DNA of 64,000 bases from Planctomycetota bacterium (lineage in GTDB: Bacteria; Planctomycetota; UBA1135; UBA2386): contig OZ245006.1 of assembly GCA_965223545.1 (NCBI GenBank), forward strand, positions 7,136,001 to 7,200,000, written 5' to 3'. Below the pieces are notes generated by a model. That model was not told the DNA's origin. It worked only from the letters and a program-made list of their open reading frames with translations, and searched no databases. A program made the position numbers and the translations under genes. This document shows positions 44,113 through 53,336 of this stretch, in pieces; within the stretch, counting starts at the first letter, position 1; every line of letters begins with the position of its first letter.

Positions 44113-45519
44113 TCAGGACGCGGGCGCGGGCGGAGCCGGGATCGATGGCGCGTGGCTGGGCGCCGCGCGGTAGCGGCGAGCGGCGGTGAACAGGAACCAC
44201 GCCGCGGCCGCCGGGGCCAGCAGCGCCAGACCGACCAGCGCCGCGTCGCCGAAACCGCCGATGTGATGGCGGGTGTGCAGCAGCAGCTGCAGCAGTCCCA
44301 AGCCGAGGTCGATCGTCGCGAGCACGCCGAGGGTGAGCGCCATCCGCACCGACCAGCGCCGCGCCAGTTGGAGTAGGCCGACGAACAGCAGCAGGTCGAA
44401 GACGGCCCAGCCCCATTGCACCACCGGGTGCGGAAACCAGAGCGGAGCGGCGATCAGCAGCAGCGCGGTCCACGGCACCAGCAGCGCCGCCAGCACGCAG
44501 GCGACCAGCGGCGCGCGGTGGATGACGGTGCGGCCGGCAAACCGCGTCAGGCTGCCCTCGGCGAAGGCGCGCAGCACATCGAGCACGGCGCCGGCGCCGG
44601 CCTGGTCGGGAGGGGTCGCCAGCCACACCGGGGTCCAGCCGTCCGGCCGCAGCTTCGCTTTGAACGCGCGCAGGCCGGCGAAGTCGTAGAGTGGCCTGCC
44701 GACCCGGGCGATCGCGCCCAACAGGCGCGACGGGGTGTCTGCCAGCGGCGCCAAGCCGAACGTCACGTGCGTCGCGCCCTCGTCGGCGAGCCGCTCGAGC
44801 ATGGCGAAGAACAGCGTCTCCATCGTGCCGTTGGGGGCGCTCGGATGGCGCAGCGCGTCCTCGAGCAGCCAGCCGTCGCGGGCGTAGATGGGCACGGCCA
44901 CGAGGAGGCCGACCAGCGTGCCATCGCGCACGGCGATCAGGTAGCGCCGCTCGGCGGCGTGGGCGAACGGCTCGATGCGGACCACGAAGCCGAGTGGCGG
45001 CATCGCGCGCCCGCGCAGCCAGGTCGCCACCAGCTGTTCGATCGCGGGTCGGATGGGTTGGTCCCGGCCGAGCTCGGCGGGAGCGAGCGCTCGCACCGTC
45101 ACCCCTTTGGCCGTGGCACGGCGCAGCTGCTCGCGCAGGCTGCGGTGCGCGGCCAGGATCTCGGCGCCGCGGCGCGGGTGCCAATGCGGCTGCGCGCCCA
45201 GCGGAGTGCGCGCCCAGCCCGGCGGCACCGTCGCTTCGAGACCGAACCAGCGCAGCCGCCGGCCGTGGCCCGCGGCGCTGCTGGCAAAGCGCTGCATTGC
45301 GCGGGCGGTGTGCTGCGGCGCGGCCAGCGGTCCCCCGACGGTCACCCAGGCGCGGCCGGTATCGCGGTAGGCGACGCAGGCATCGGTCGCCTCGTCGAAC
45401 CAGTAGTGCAGGCCCGGTTCGAGGACCTGGAACGAGGTCGCGGCGCGGCCGTTCCGGCGCAACGACGACCACAGCCGCGGGTGCACGAGTGGTCTCGCGC
45501 GGTCAGCGCGTTCCGCCAC
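44113..45519 (-). CDS. DUF2156/MprF C-terminal-like aminoacyltransferase domain protein with C-terminal TM helices
   Basis: WVTVGGPL, LREQLRRA..KGV, MPPLGF, APNGTME, FGLAPL, LYDFAGLRAFKAKLRP..W.P. Three to four C-terminal TM helices. Start approximate. Confidence 0.82.
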   Translation of the reverse strand: MAERADRARPLVHPRLWSSLRRNGRAATSFQVLEPGLHYWFDEATDACVAYRDTGRAWVTVGGPLAAPQHTARAMQRFASSAAGHGRRLRWFGLEATVPPGWARTPLGAQPHWHPRRGAEILAAHRSLREQLRRATAKGVTVRALAPAELGRDQPIRPAIEQLVATWLRGRAMPPLGFVVRIEPFAHAAERRYLIAVRDGTLVGLLVAVPIYARDGWLLEDALRHPSAPNGTMETLFFAMLERLADEGATHVTFGLAPLADTPSRLLGAIARVGRPLYDFAGLRAFKAKLRPDGWTPVWLATPPDQAGAGAVLDVLRAFAEGSLTRFAGRTVIHRAPLVACVLAALLVPWTALLLIAAPLWFPHPVVQWGWAVFDLLLFVGLLQLARRWSVRMALTLGVLATIDLGLGLLQLLLHTRHHIGGFGDAALVGLALLAPAAAAWFLFTAARRYRAAPSHAPSIPAPPAPAS

Positions 45520-46972
45520 GACACGCGGCGTACACCGCGGCCAGAAACTCGTGCATCGACCACGCGCCGCGGAGCTTGGTGCAGCCAAGGCGCACGACGA
45601 CGAGGCGCTCGCTGGGGAACACCGCCAAGACCTGTCCCTGGTAGCCGCTGGCGTAGTAGACGTCGCGCGGCAGACCGGGGAAGGGGCGCTGGTCGGGGGC
45701 GTCCTCGGGTCCGCGGTTGAGCCACCAGTGCAGGCCGTAGTTGCGCCGCGGCGCGGCGGGGGCCGGCGTGGTCGCGGCGTCGACCCATCCCGGTGGCAGC
45801 AGGCGCTGGCCGTCGCGCACTCCGTCGTCCAAGTACAGCTGGCCCAGCCGCGCCCAGTCGCGCGCGGTGGCGTGGCAGAACGACGAGCCGACGAAGGTGC
45901 CGCTGGCGTCCGTCTCCAGGACCGCGCTGAGCATGCCGGCCGGCGCGAACAGGGCACTTTGCGGATAGGCCAGCGCATCCGCGTGGTCGTCGAAGCTCTC
46001 GCGCAGCCATTGACACAACGCGTTGGTGGTGCCACTCGAGTAGGCGAAGTGCGTGCCCGGTGGCGCGACCAGCGGCCGCGCGGCGGCGAAGGCAGCGGCC
46101 GAGGGCGCGGCGAACAGCATGCGCGGCGGGTCGGCAGTCAGGTCGTCGTAGCGTTCGTCGAACTGCAATCCCGCACTCATCTGCAGCAGCTGGCGCAGAG
46201 TGATCGCGCCGCGGGCATCGTCGTCCGATGACCACGCCGCGAGACCCGCGGGCGCGTCCAGGTCGGCGCCGATCTCCGCCGCGCGCACGCCGACCAGCGT
46301 ACCGGCGACGCTCTTGGCCATCGACCAACCCGCCAGCGGCGTGGCGGCGTCGATGCCCGCGCCATAGCGCTCGACCAGCAGCCTCCCGTGCCGGGCGACG
46401 ACGACGGCGAAGGTGCGCACCGGGAGGGCGGGGTCCGGTTCGGCGAACGCCGCGTCCAGCGCCGCCTCCAGCTGTCGGCGGTCGACGTCTTTGGGCCACG
46501 GCCGGGAATCGGTGGCGTTGCCGAGCGGCCACGGCGCCCGCGCGCCGGCCGTGGACGCCGCGGTTGGCGCTGGGGCAGGGGCACGCTGCGCGGCGAGCGC
46601 CCGTGCCGTGTCGTCGTCGTCGGGCAGCACCAGCGCGCAGCCGAGGCCGGCACGCCAGACCGCGCGCCGGCGCACGCCGAGCACCGTTGCGCTGACGACG
46701 CCGGCGTCGGGGTCGGCCTCGAGCTCGAGGCCGGCCAGCAGGAGGGCCTCCAGAGGTGTGTCGGGGGCGAACTCGGTGGCGCGGACCGAGGCCAGCGAGC
46801 GCCCGCCGACGAGGACCGCCGAAGCCGCGATCTTGGCCGCGTAGGCGGCGCCGATCGCCGCGTGTGGCGGGGGCGCGTCTTCCTGCGCCGGAGTCGCGGT
46901 GGCGTTGGCGCAGGCGGACAGGATGGCGATCACGCGGCTGGTGGTGCGGGAGTGAAGCACGGCGTCGGCCAA
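45503..46972 (-). CDS. Serine hydrolase, beta-lactamase class C/AmpC-like
   Basis: WSMAKS (SxxK), ITLRQLLQMSAG, FAYSSG, ARDWARLG, ASGYQGQ. Start uncertain. Confidence 0.88.
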   Translation of the reverse strand: MADAVLHSRTTSRVIAILSACANATATPAQEDAPPPHAAIGAAYAAKIAASAVLVGGRSLASVRATEFAPDTPLEALLLAGLELEADPDAGVVSATVLGVRRRAVWRAGLGCALVLPDDDDTARALAAQRAPAPAPTAASTAGARAPWPLGNATDSRPWPKDVDRRQLEAALDAAFAEPDPALPVRTFAVVVARHGRLLVERYGAGIDAATPLAGWSMAKSVAGTLVGVRAAEIGADLDAPAGLAAWSSDDDARGAITLRQLLQMSAGLQFDERYDDLTADPPRMLFAAPSAAAFAAARPLVAPPGTHFAYSSGTTNALCQWLRESFDDHADALAYPQSALFAPAGMLSAVLETDASGTFVGSSFCHATARDWARLGQLYLDDGVRDGQRLLPPGWVDAATTPAPAAPRRNYGLHWWLNRGPEDAPDQRPFPGLPRDVYYASGYQGQVLAVFPSERLVVVRLGCTKLRGAWSMHEFLAAVYAACRGGTR

Positions 46973-47088
46973 GACTATTCCCGCCCGCAGCCAAGGTCGT
47001 CGCCGAACTGCGCGAAGCCGCCGGTTCTCGCCGCTGCGCGTCCCCGTTTTCGCTCGCGTCGCGCTCCGGCGGGCGCTTGGCTTCGGGG

Positions 47089-48213
47089 ATGGCTCGTCAG
47101 GTCAAAGTGCCGATGCCGACCGCCGTCATCGACAGTGTCGCGCCGGACCCGCTGTCGGTGCGCGCGGTGCGGCGCGCGTTTCGCGAGCAACTCGCGGCCG
47201 GTGCCGCCGTGCAGCCCGCGGGCTCCGCGCGCGGTGGCGGTGCCGAGCTGGTGCGGCGCTACCCGCCGCTCGCGCGGATCGGTCTGTTCGACCACGTGTT
47301 CTTCGTCACCGGGCAACGGCGCGACAACCAGCTGCGCTTCCTCGTCGCCTACGTCGGGCGCGGCGCACCGCCACGGGTCTGGTACCCGCGCATCTTCTAC
47401 AAGGACTCGTCGCTGATCTGGCGCGTCGCGACGCATCTGATCGACACGCCCGAGGAGAACTGGATCGGCAAGGGCGACGTCAAGTGGGAGCGCCGTGCGG
47501 ACGGCTGGCTCGTGAGCAGCGCCGAAGAGACCACCAACCTGCCGTTCGAGCTGCAGGCGGCCCTCGACGAGGTCAGTCGGCGCCAATCGGTGGTGCGGCG
47601 CGACGACCACGCCCTGAATGCGATCCTGCGCGCCGCGCCGCCCGGTCGCATGCAGGCCTATGCCGACTTCGTCGCGCCCCGGAGCCGCGCGCAGCGCGAT
47701 CACGCCATCTACGGTGGCCGGCGCATCGCCCGCTTCACCCGGCGCAACGATCCCGGGTCGCTCCGCTTCGCGCGCGGCTTCGAGCCCGATTTCGGCGGTG
47801 GCCGGATCGATGTCTGCCGTTCGGCGAGTCGGTTGTACGGCGGCGTGGTGACCAAGGTGCGCGTGCTGTCGGCCAATCGGCGAGTGCAGTACCAGTTCGT
47901 CGCCGCTGGACGTCATGTCTGGCTCAACCCGCCACAGGCGTTGACCACCGAGCTCAACGGCTACGGCGTGCGCACGGTCGACGCGGTGGCCGACGAGGAG
48001 CTCTACATCCCGGGCTACGAGTACCACTTCCTCGACGAGGAGCGCCAGCCGCCGGAGCTGCACAGCCAGATCCCGCCTGGCTTCGCGGGGCCGCCGTGCG
48101 CGATGGACCCCGACCGCGCCGACGCGTCGCCGTGGATCGAGGCGATGCCCGTCGTGCGCCAGTTTCGGCGGCGGGTGTTGTCTCGCCTCGATGCTGGCGA
48201 CGCCGTGACTTGA
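47089..48213 (+). CDS. Conserved-looking hypothetical protein
   Basis: Good codon bias and motif-like segments (PRIFYKDSSLIWRVATH, WIGKGD, EETTNLP, IPGYEYH). No family recognised. Confidence 0.7.
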   Translation: MARQVKVPMPTAVIDSVAPDPLSVRAVRRAFREQLAAGAAVQPAGSARGGGAELVRRYPPLARIGLFDHVFFVTGQRRDNQLRFLVAYVGRGAPPRVWYPRIFYKDSSLIWRVATHLIDTPEENWIGKGDVKWERRADGWLVSSAEETTNLPFELQAALDEVSRRQSVVRRDDHALNAILRAAPPGRMQAYADFVAPRSRAQRDHAIYGGRRIARFTRRNDPGSLRFARGFEPDFGGGRIDVCRSASRLYGGVVTKVRVLSANRRVQYQFVAAGRHVWLNPPQALTTELNGYGVRTVDAVADEELYIPGYEYHFLDEERQPPELHSQIPPGFAGPPCAMDPDRADASPWIEAMPVVRQFRRRVLSRLDAGDAVT

Positions 48214-48274
48214 TGCGCGTGACTCGTGCCGAACGAGCCTCGATTCAGGGTGCGACCGCCGTCGCCGGCATCGA

Positions 48275-50218
48275 TCACTCGGAGGCGAGCCGGAAACGGT
48301 GCGGCTGCGGGGCGTTGACCTTTGTCTTCGTCAGAAGCCCCCTTTTGGTGAGCCCGTTCAGGAATCGGTCTGCCGAGGAGCGGCTCACCCCGAGGAGTTC
48401 GGCGGCTCGGCGCACGGTGAACTCCTCGTGCCCCTTGGCCCGCAGCTTCTCGAGCAGCTCGAACTCGCGCAAAGGAAGCCGCTGCCCCCCTGTCTCCGGC
48501 AGAGTCGCGCGCCAAGAAGGCGCGTAGCGACAGTTCCACGTGCCGCCTTCGACGACGAGAGCGCCGTTGCGCACCAGCTCGGCGACATCGGCCTGCAGCA
48601 GCTCCTCCCCACTGTCGAGCGCAACCATCTCTTGCAACTCGCGTCTCTTGTGCCAACCCCCGTCTCGTTCGAGTCGCCGAAGGAGCATGAACTGCCGACT
48701 GTTCACCGTCCAACTCTGGCCGTCGGGGCTCTCGTAGCGCACCGTGCGAAAGTCCTTCCGTCGCGGAAGACCTGGTGGGGCCGGAGCCGCGGCTGCCCCC
48801 GGCACGCCTAAGCGCTCACGGTCGACGAGCTGGCCGACCCAGCGTTGCACGACAGCGTGTGCCGGTTCGCCGTCGATCGAGAGCTGTTCGTCGCTCAGCT
48901 CGAATTGATACCCGGCCACTTTGGTGCGCCCGCGTTCGGCGAGCCTCGGTACCGCTGCCAGGAGGGCCTCGGCACGGTCCCTTGTGAGGCCGATCGGCCG
49001 CAGCCAGGCGAAGAGGCCATCCCAATTGTGAAGCCTGCGCGGCAGGGCCGCCGCCGCGGAAGCGAGATGCGTGACCCCTTCGTGCGCGAGCAAGAACCGC
49101 ACCTGCGCGTCGAACGGGTCGGTCCGTTCGCCTGCGATCGTGAAAGCGGGGTTGGCACGGCCCGCGGCTGGGTCGGCGGGAACGAACCGAAACAGCTGGC
49201 CAGCCCGGCTCTTCCACCGGCCGCCGGCCAACGTCTCGGCATCCGCACGGAGTTCGACGGCCACCTCTCGGTTCAACGTGAGCAAACCCCATCGCAGCTC
49301 TCGCATGAGAGCTGCGGGCAGCGCGGGGTATGCGCTGCTGAAACAGGAGACGTCGGGGTGGGCCAAGAGGAACGCGACCTGGGCGTCGTCGGACTCGGTC
49401 GGAGTCCCGTTTACCGTGAACTCGCCGTCGCCGCGATGCACGATTCCGACCCGCTCACCGTCCGGCGTAGACCCCGTCCATTGCCCCGGCGCGTTCGATT
49501 TCGCCCTCAGCTTCCGCGCATCACGCACGAGCTCTTCGCGCACGAGCCACGGGCCCGCCGCGCCCCGGGCTCCCGACGCGATCAAGAGGTCGCCGACACC
49601 CTCGGCCAGCATGTTCGCCGGAGAGACTCCAGCCGCTGTGCCACTCCTGCGCATGTACGCGAGCCGCAGCGCGCCGAGCCAGTGCAGCAGCTCCAGGTCA
49701 CGGGCCAGCGCGTACATCGCGTGCTCGCACCCGTAGTAGGAGCGAAGATCGTTCACCCGAGTGAGATCGAGCTGGCCCCAGGGGGTCCGGACTCCCCGGA
49801 GCTCGTCGAGGTCGAAGACGAGCCGTTGCCCACCGCGAAGTCGAGCGTTCAGCGCATCGCGCGGGAGCACCTGCTGCAGAAACCGAAGTCGCATCGCGCT
49901 CTTGTCGCGCGGGTCGGGGCTGAGCTCCACCAAGCGCGCACGAACGGCCTGATACCCACCGGTCGTGTCGAGCTTGGCAAGGCCGCGAAGACGGTTGCGG
50001 AGTCCGATCAGCGCTGCGTGATCCACTCCCGATTCCTCGACTCTTCCCGATAGGCCTGCGGCGGAGCGCCTTGCGACGACCACGGCTGCCTCTCGGACAA
50101 TGCCCCATCTGTCTGATTCACACCGCTGGATGATAGCCGCGTCGAGGGCCCTTTGTAGCTCTCGAGCGGCTTCGCGCAGCCGTTTACGCTTCAACCGGAT
50201 CGCGCGTGAACGCGCCAT
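48275..50218 (-). CDS. Hypothetical protein with internal repeats and two C-terminal winged-helix domains
   Basis: Long ORF with atypical codon usage. DAQVxFLLAH occurs twice. C-terminal FTVRRAAELLGVSRSSADRFLNGLTKRGLL. Confidence 0.7.
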   Translation of the reverse strand: MARSRAIRLKRKRLREAARELQRALDAAIIQRCESDRWGIVREAAVVVARRSAAGLSGRVEESGVDHAALIGLRNRLRGLAKLDTTGGYQAVRARLVELSPDPRDKSAMRLRFLQQVLPRDALNARLRGGQRLVFDLDELRGVRTPWGQLDLTRVNDLRSYYGCEHAMYALARDLELLHWLGALRLAYMRRSGTAAGVSPANMLAEGVGDLLIASGARGAAGPWLVREELVRDARKLRAKSNAPGQWTGSTPDGERVGIVHRGDGEFTVNGTPTESDDAQVAFLLAHPDVSCFSSAYPALPAALMRELRWGLLTLNREVAVELRADAETLAGGRWKSRAGQLFRFVPADPAAGRANPAFTIAGERTDPFDAQVRFLLAHEGVTHLASAAAALPRRLHNWDGLFAWLRPIGLTRDRAEALLAAVPRLAERGRTKVAGYQFELSDEQLSIDGEPAHAVVQRWVGQLVDRERLGVPGAAAAPAPPGLPRRKDFRTVRYESPDGQSWTVNSRQFMLLRRLERDGGWHKRRELQEMVALDSGEELLQADVAELVRNGALVVEGGTWNCRYAPSWRATLPETGGQRLPLREFELLEKLRAKGHEEFTVRRAAELLGVSRSSADRFLNGLTKRGLLTKTKVNAPQPHRFRLASE

Positions 50219-50340
50219 TGCGCCCCGGAGAATCGGCAAGAACTGACGTGGCGACTGCCAACCCTACTGGCTTTCGTGGATCGGCTGTCCAGGGCCGCAA
50301 CTCCGCAGTCTCGGGACCTCCACCTCACGAACGGAACGCC

Positions 50341-51594
50341 ATGCCCCGATTCACTCTCGGTTCTATCCGGTCTCTGTTCTTGCTGATCCCGGCCGGCGCG
50401 CTCGCCGCCCAGACGACTTGGATCGTCGATCAGAACGGAACCCCTCCATTCAACTTCACCGACCTGCCACCGGCGGAAGCGGCTGCGCAGGATGGCGACA
50501 CGATCCTCGTCCGGGCCGGCACGTACACCGGCATCAGCACTGGCAAAGCACTCACGCTGTTGGGCGAATCGAGGGCGCGGATCAACCCGATCAGCTACGC
50601 GACCTTCGTGGTGACGGGCTTGCCGTTAGGCAAGTCCTTCGTGCTGCGCGGGTTCGATTTCATCGATCTGAACGGACCGAGTCGGGCGCACCTACAGTTG
50701 CGCAGCAACGCCGGTTCGATCCACATCGACCGCACCACCGTCACCAACCGGCGCTGGGGGGTGAACCCAACGACGTGGTTTCCCGTGCCCGGCATCGAGA
50801 TCGAGGACTGCGCCCACGTCACGATCAACGAGTGCACGCTCAATGGCTGGCCCAACGGTGGACTGTACATCAAGGACCGGAGCCGGGTCATCGCGACGAA
50901 TTGCGTGGTGTGGGGCATCGACCGGCGCGACGATGGTCGCACGGGACAGTGCGTTGGCGGTGGACCCGCGATTACGATCGCGGATTCGTCGCTGTGGCTC
51001 GCGGGTGGCAGCGTCACCGGTGGTCAAAGCGATTGCTGTTGCTTCCCGGTGAGCAGCGGGTTCCCGGCCATCGTCGCCACCAACGCGGTCGTCACCATCG
51101 GCGGTGACTCCACGACGAGCATCGCCGCGGGTGCGCTCATCGCCCCGCAGTACAACCCGGCTCAGCCCGCGATCTTTGGCGCCGGCACGCTGCTCTTGGA
51201 TCCGGACGTCGCCCTCGTTGCCAATGCCGGCGCTCCGCAGATCGCCGGCGGGATCGCCGCGACGACGGGCGAGCTGGTCAGCCAGCTCGCCACCGGCGCG
51301 CCGCCCGGTGGCGCGCTGACCTCGACGACGATCTCGCCGCAGGGCGATCTCGTCTGGCAGTTCGTCGGCTTGCCGAGTCCACCGGTTCCGACGAGTCTGG
51401 GCGAACTGGGCCTACTGCCGGCGGGCATCGCGGTCCTCAGCAGCGGGACCCAGGGGCCAACCGAGCGGTATACGACGAGCGTGACGCTGCCGAGCAGTCC
51501 AGCGCTGCGCGGTTTCGCCCTTGGCCTGCAGTCGGTGAGCGGTCAGGTTGGCCGCTTCGCGCTCAGCAACCCGGCGGTCGTGTCGCTCCATTAG
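50341..51594 (+). CDS. Secreted right-handed beta-helix protein with a C-terminal beta domain
   Basis: Signal peptide ending LAA|Q; TWIVD...AQDGDTILVRAGTY...KALTLLG is a pectin-lyase-like N-cap. Confidence 0.8.
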   Translation: MPRFTLGSIRSLFLLIPAGALAAQTTWIVDQNGTPPFNFTDLPPAEAAAQDGDTILVRAGTYTGISTGKALTLLGESRARINPISYATFVVTGLPLGKSFVLRGFDFIDLNGPSRAHLQLRSNAGSIHIDRTTVTNRRWGVNPTTWFPVPGIEIEDCAHVTINECTLNGWPNGGLYIKDRSRVIATNCVVWGIDRRDDGRTGQCVGGGPAITIADSSLWLAGGSVTGGQSDCCCFPVSSGFPAIVATNAVVTIGGDSTTSIAAGALIAPQYNPAQPAIFGAGTLLLDPDVALVANAGAPQIAGGIAATTGELVSQLATGAPPGGALTSTTISPQGDLVWQFVGLPSPPVPTSLGELGLLPAGIAVLSSGTQGPTERYTTSVTLPSSPALRGFALGLQSVSGQVGRFALSNPAVVSLH

Positions 51595-51627
51595 CCGGGA
51601 CCGCGCCTCGGCGACGTCGCTGACCCA

Positions 51628-53067
51628 TCAGTTGTTCGAGAGCTCGCCGAGCCTGGCGTTGACCTCCACCTTCCACGCGCCGAGCAGCGACGCGAGCCGC
51701 AGCCGCGCTGCGGGCTGTTCGTCGGCGAGGTCGTGCCGCTCGCCCGGGTCGTCGGCGAGGTGGAACAGCTGGGTCTCGGTGACGTCGTGGGTCCGGAGCG
51801 AATACCACTGGATCAGCTTCCAGTCGCCGTCGACGACCGAGGAGCTGCGGGTGTCCCCGGTCCGCGTCGGCCGGCCGAGCGAAGAGTGCCAGAACATGGG
51901 CGGCCGCTGGTAATCCTCGCCAGCCAGCGCCGGCAGGTAGCTCACGGAGTCCTGCGGGTTGGCGTCCGCCACCGATGCACCGGCGATGTCCAGAATGGTC
52001 CGGAAGTGGTCGGTGCCGGTGACTTGCACGTGACTGACGTGGCCGGTCTTCGCTCCGCGCGGCCAGCGCACGATCAATGGAACCCGGGTGCCGCCTTCGT
52101 ACAGCCAGCCTTTGCCGTGGCGATACGGGAGGTTGGTGGTCGCGAGCTCGCGTCGGCTCCCCAGGCCTCGGGTCGAGAAACCCCCGTGATCGGAGGTCAC
52201 GATGACCACGGTGTTGTCGCGCGCACCGGCGCGATCGAGAGCCTGAAGCAAGCGGCCGAGGTTCTCGTCCACACTGTCGACCATCGCTGCATAGGTCGGG
52301 TGGTTCTGCTCCGTCTTGACCTGCCCGGTGCGGTCGACGACGAGGTCGAGGCTGGGGTGCGGCTGGAGGCCCCACGCCCGGGCCTTGCTGCGGTACTTGC
52401 GAATCGCTTCCGCTTTGGCCTGAATCGGCGTGTGCACCGCGTAGTGCGACAGAACCAACAGGAAGGGCCGGCCGTCGGCGCGCTCGACGAAGCGAATGGC
52501 CTCGTTGGTCAAGCGGTCCGTGAGATAATCACCGCGCACGCCTTTCGTGTAGGACGGAAAACCTCCGGTCGGCCTGCGTCTCTCATAGGGCTGAAAATGA
52601 CTGCCGGGTGCGCCGGTCTGCCCGGCGAACCGACTGACGTCGAATCCCTGGGCGTCGGGACCTCCCCCTCTCTCGCCGACGTGCCACTTGCCGATGTAGC
52701 CGGTGCGATAGCCGACATCCCGCAGTCGTTCGGCGAAGGTGACGGCCGACAGGGGCAGCGCGTGCGGCCCCTCGCTGCGGTCTTCGAAGCCGGGAACGCC
52801 GTAGCGCGCGGGGAATCGCCCCGAGAGCATGGCCACCCGGGACGGGGTACAGCGCGGGTGGGCGGCATACGCGTTGGTGAAGAGGACGCCGTCGCGGGCG
52901 AGCTGATCGATGACCGGCGTCTCGTGGAACCGACTCCCGTACACGCCGACATCCTGACGGCCGAGATCGTCCACGATCACCAACACGACGTTCGGCGGTC
53001 GGCCACCACAAGACATGGCCGCAAGCAATGACACCAGAACGACGTACCATCGTCTCGATGCTCTCAT
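51628..53067 (-). CDS. Sulfatase (Cys-type, formylglycine-dependent), probable lipoprotein
   Basis: PNVVLVIVDDLG, CTPSR, GYRTGYIGKWH, HYAVHTP, SDHGG, KGWLYEGGTRVP. Confidence 0.93.
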   Translation of the reverse strand: MRASRRWYVVLVSLLAAMSCGGRPPNVVLVIVDDLGRQDVGVYGSRFHETPVIDQLARDGVLFTNAYAAHPRCTPSRVAMLSGRFPARYGVPGFEDRSEGPHALPLSAVTFAERLRDVGYRTGYIGKWHVGERGGGPDAQGFDVSRFAGQTGAPGSHFQPYERRRPTGGFPSYTKGVRGDYLTDRLTNEAIRFVERADGRPFLLVLSHYAVHTPIQAKAEAIRKYRSKARAWGLQPHPSLDLVVDRTGQVKTEQNHPTYAAMVDSVDENLGRLLQALDRAGARDNTVVIVTSDHGGFSTRGLGSRRELATTNLPYRHGKGWLYEGGTRVPLIVRWPRGAKTGHVSHVQVTGTDHFRTILDIAGASVADANPQDSVSYLPALAGEDYQRPPMFWHSSLGRPTRTGDTRSSSVVDGDWKLIQWYSLRTHDVTETQLFHLADDPGERHDLADEQPAARLRLASLLGAWKVEVNARLGELSNN

Positions 53068-53336
53068 CTCGGTCTCCGCTGACGTCGGCCACCGACGGCC
53101 AGTCGCCATGAGCACGGAGACGCCGGTCGGCGATGCGACTCAGCGGATTTGGGCGCGCGTCATGGAGCGCGAGGCAGGGGGCGGCAGGGTGGTTCGGGTC
53201 CTTCGCGGAGGACTCGGCGAACCACTCGCATGATAACCGCTCGCCCCGCTGCCCTGAAGTCAGTGGTGTCGGGGCCCGGGGAGCCCTGGTTCGGCGTGCC
53301 GAAATGGTGGCGCGGGCGGCGCCTGCCGCAGCGCCG

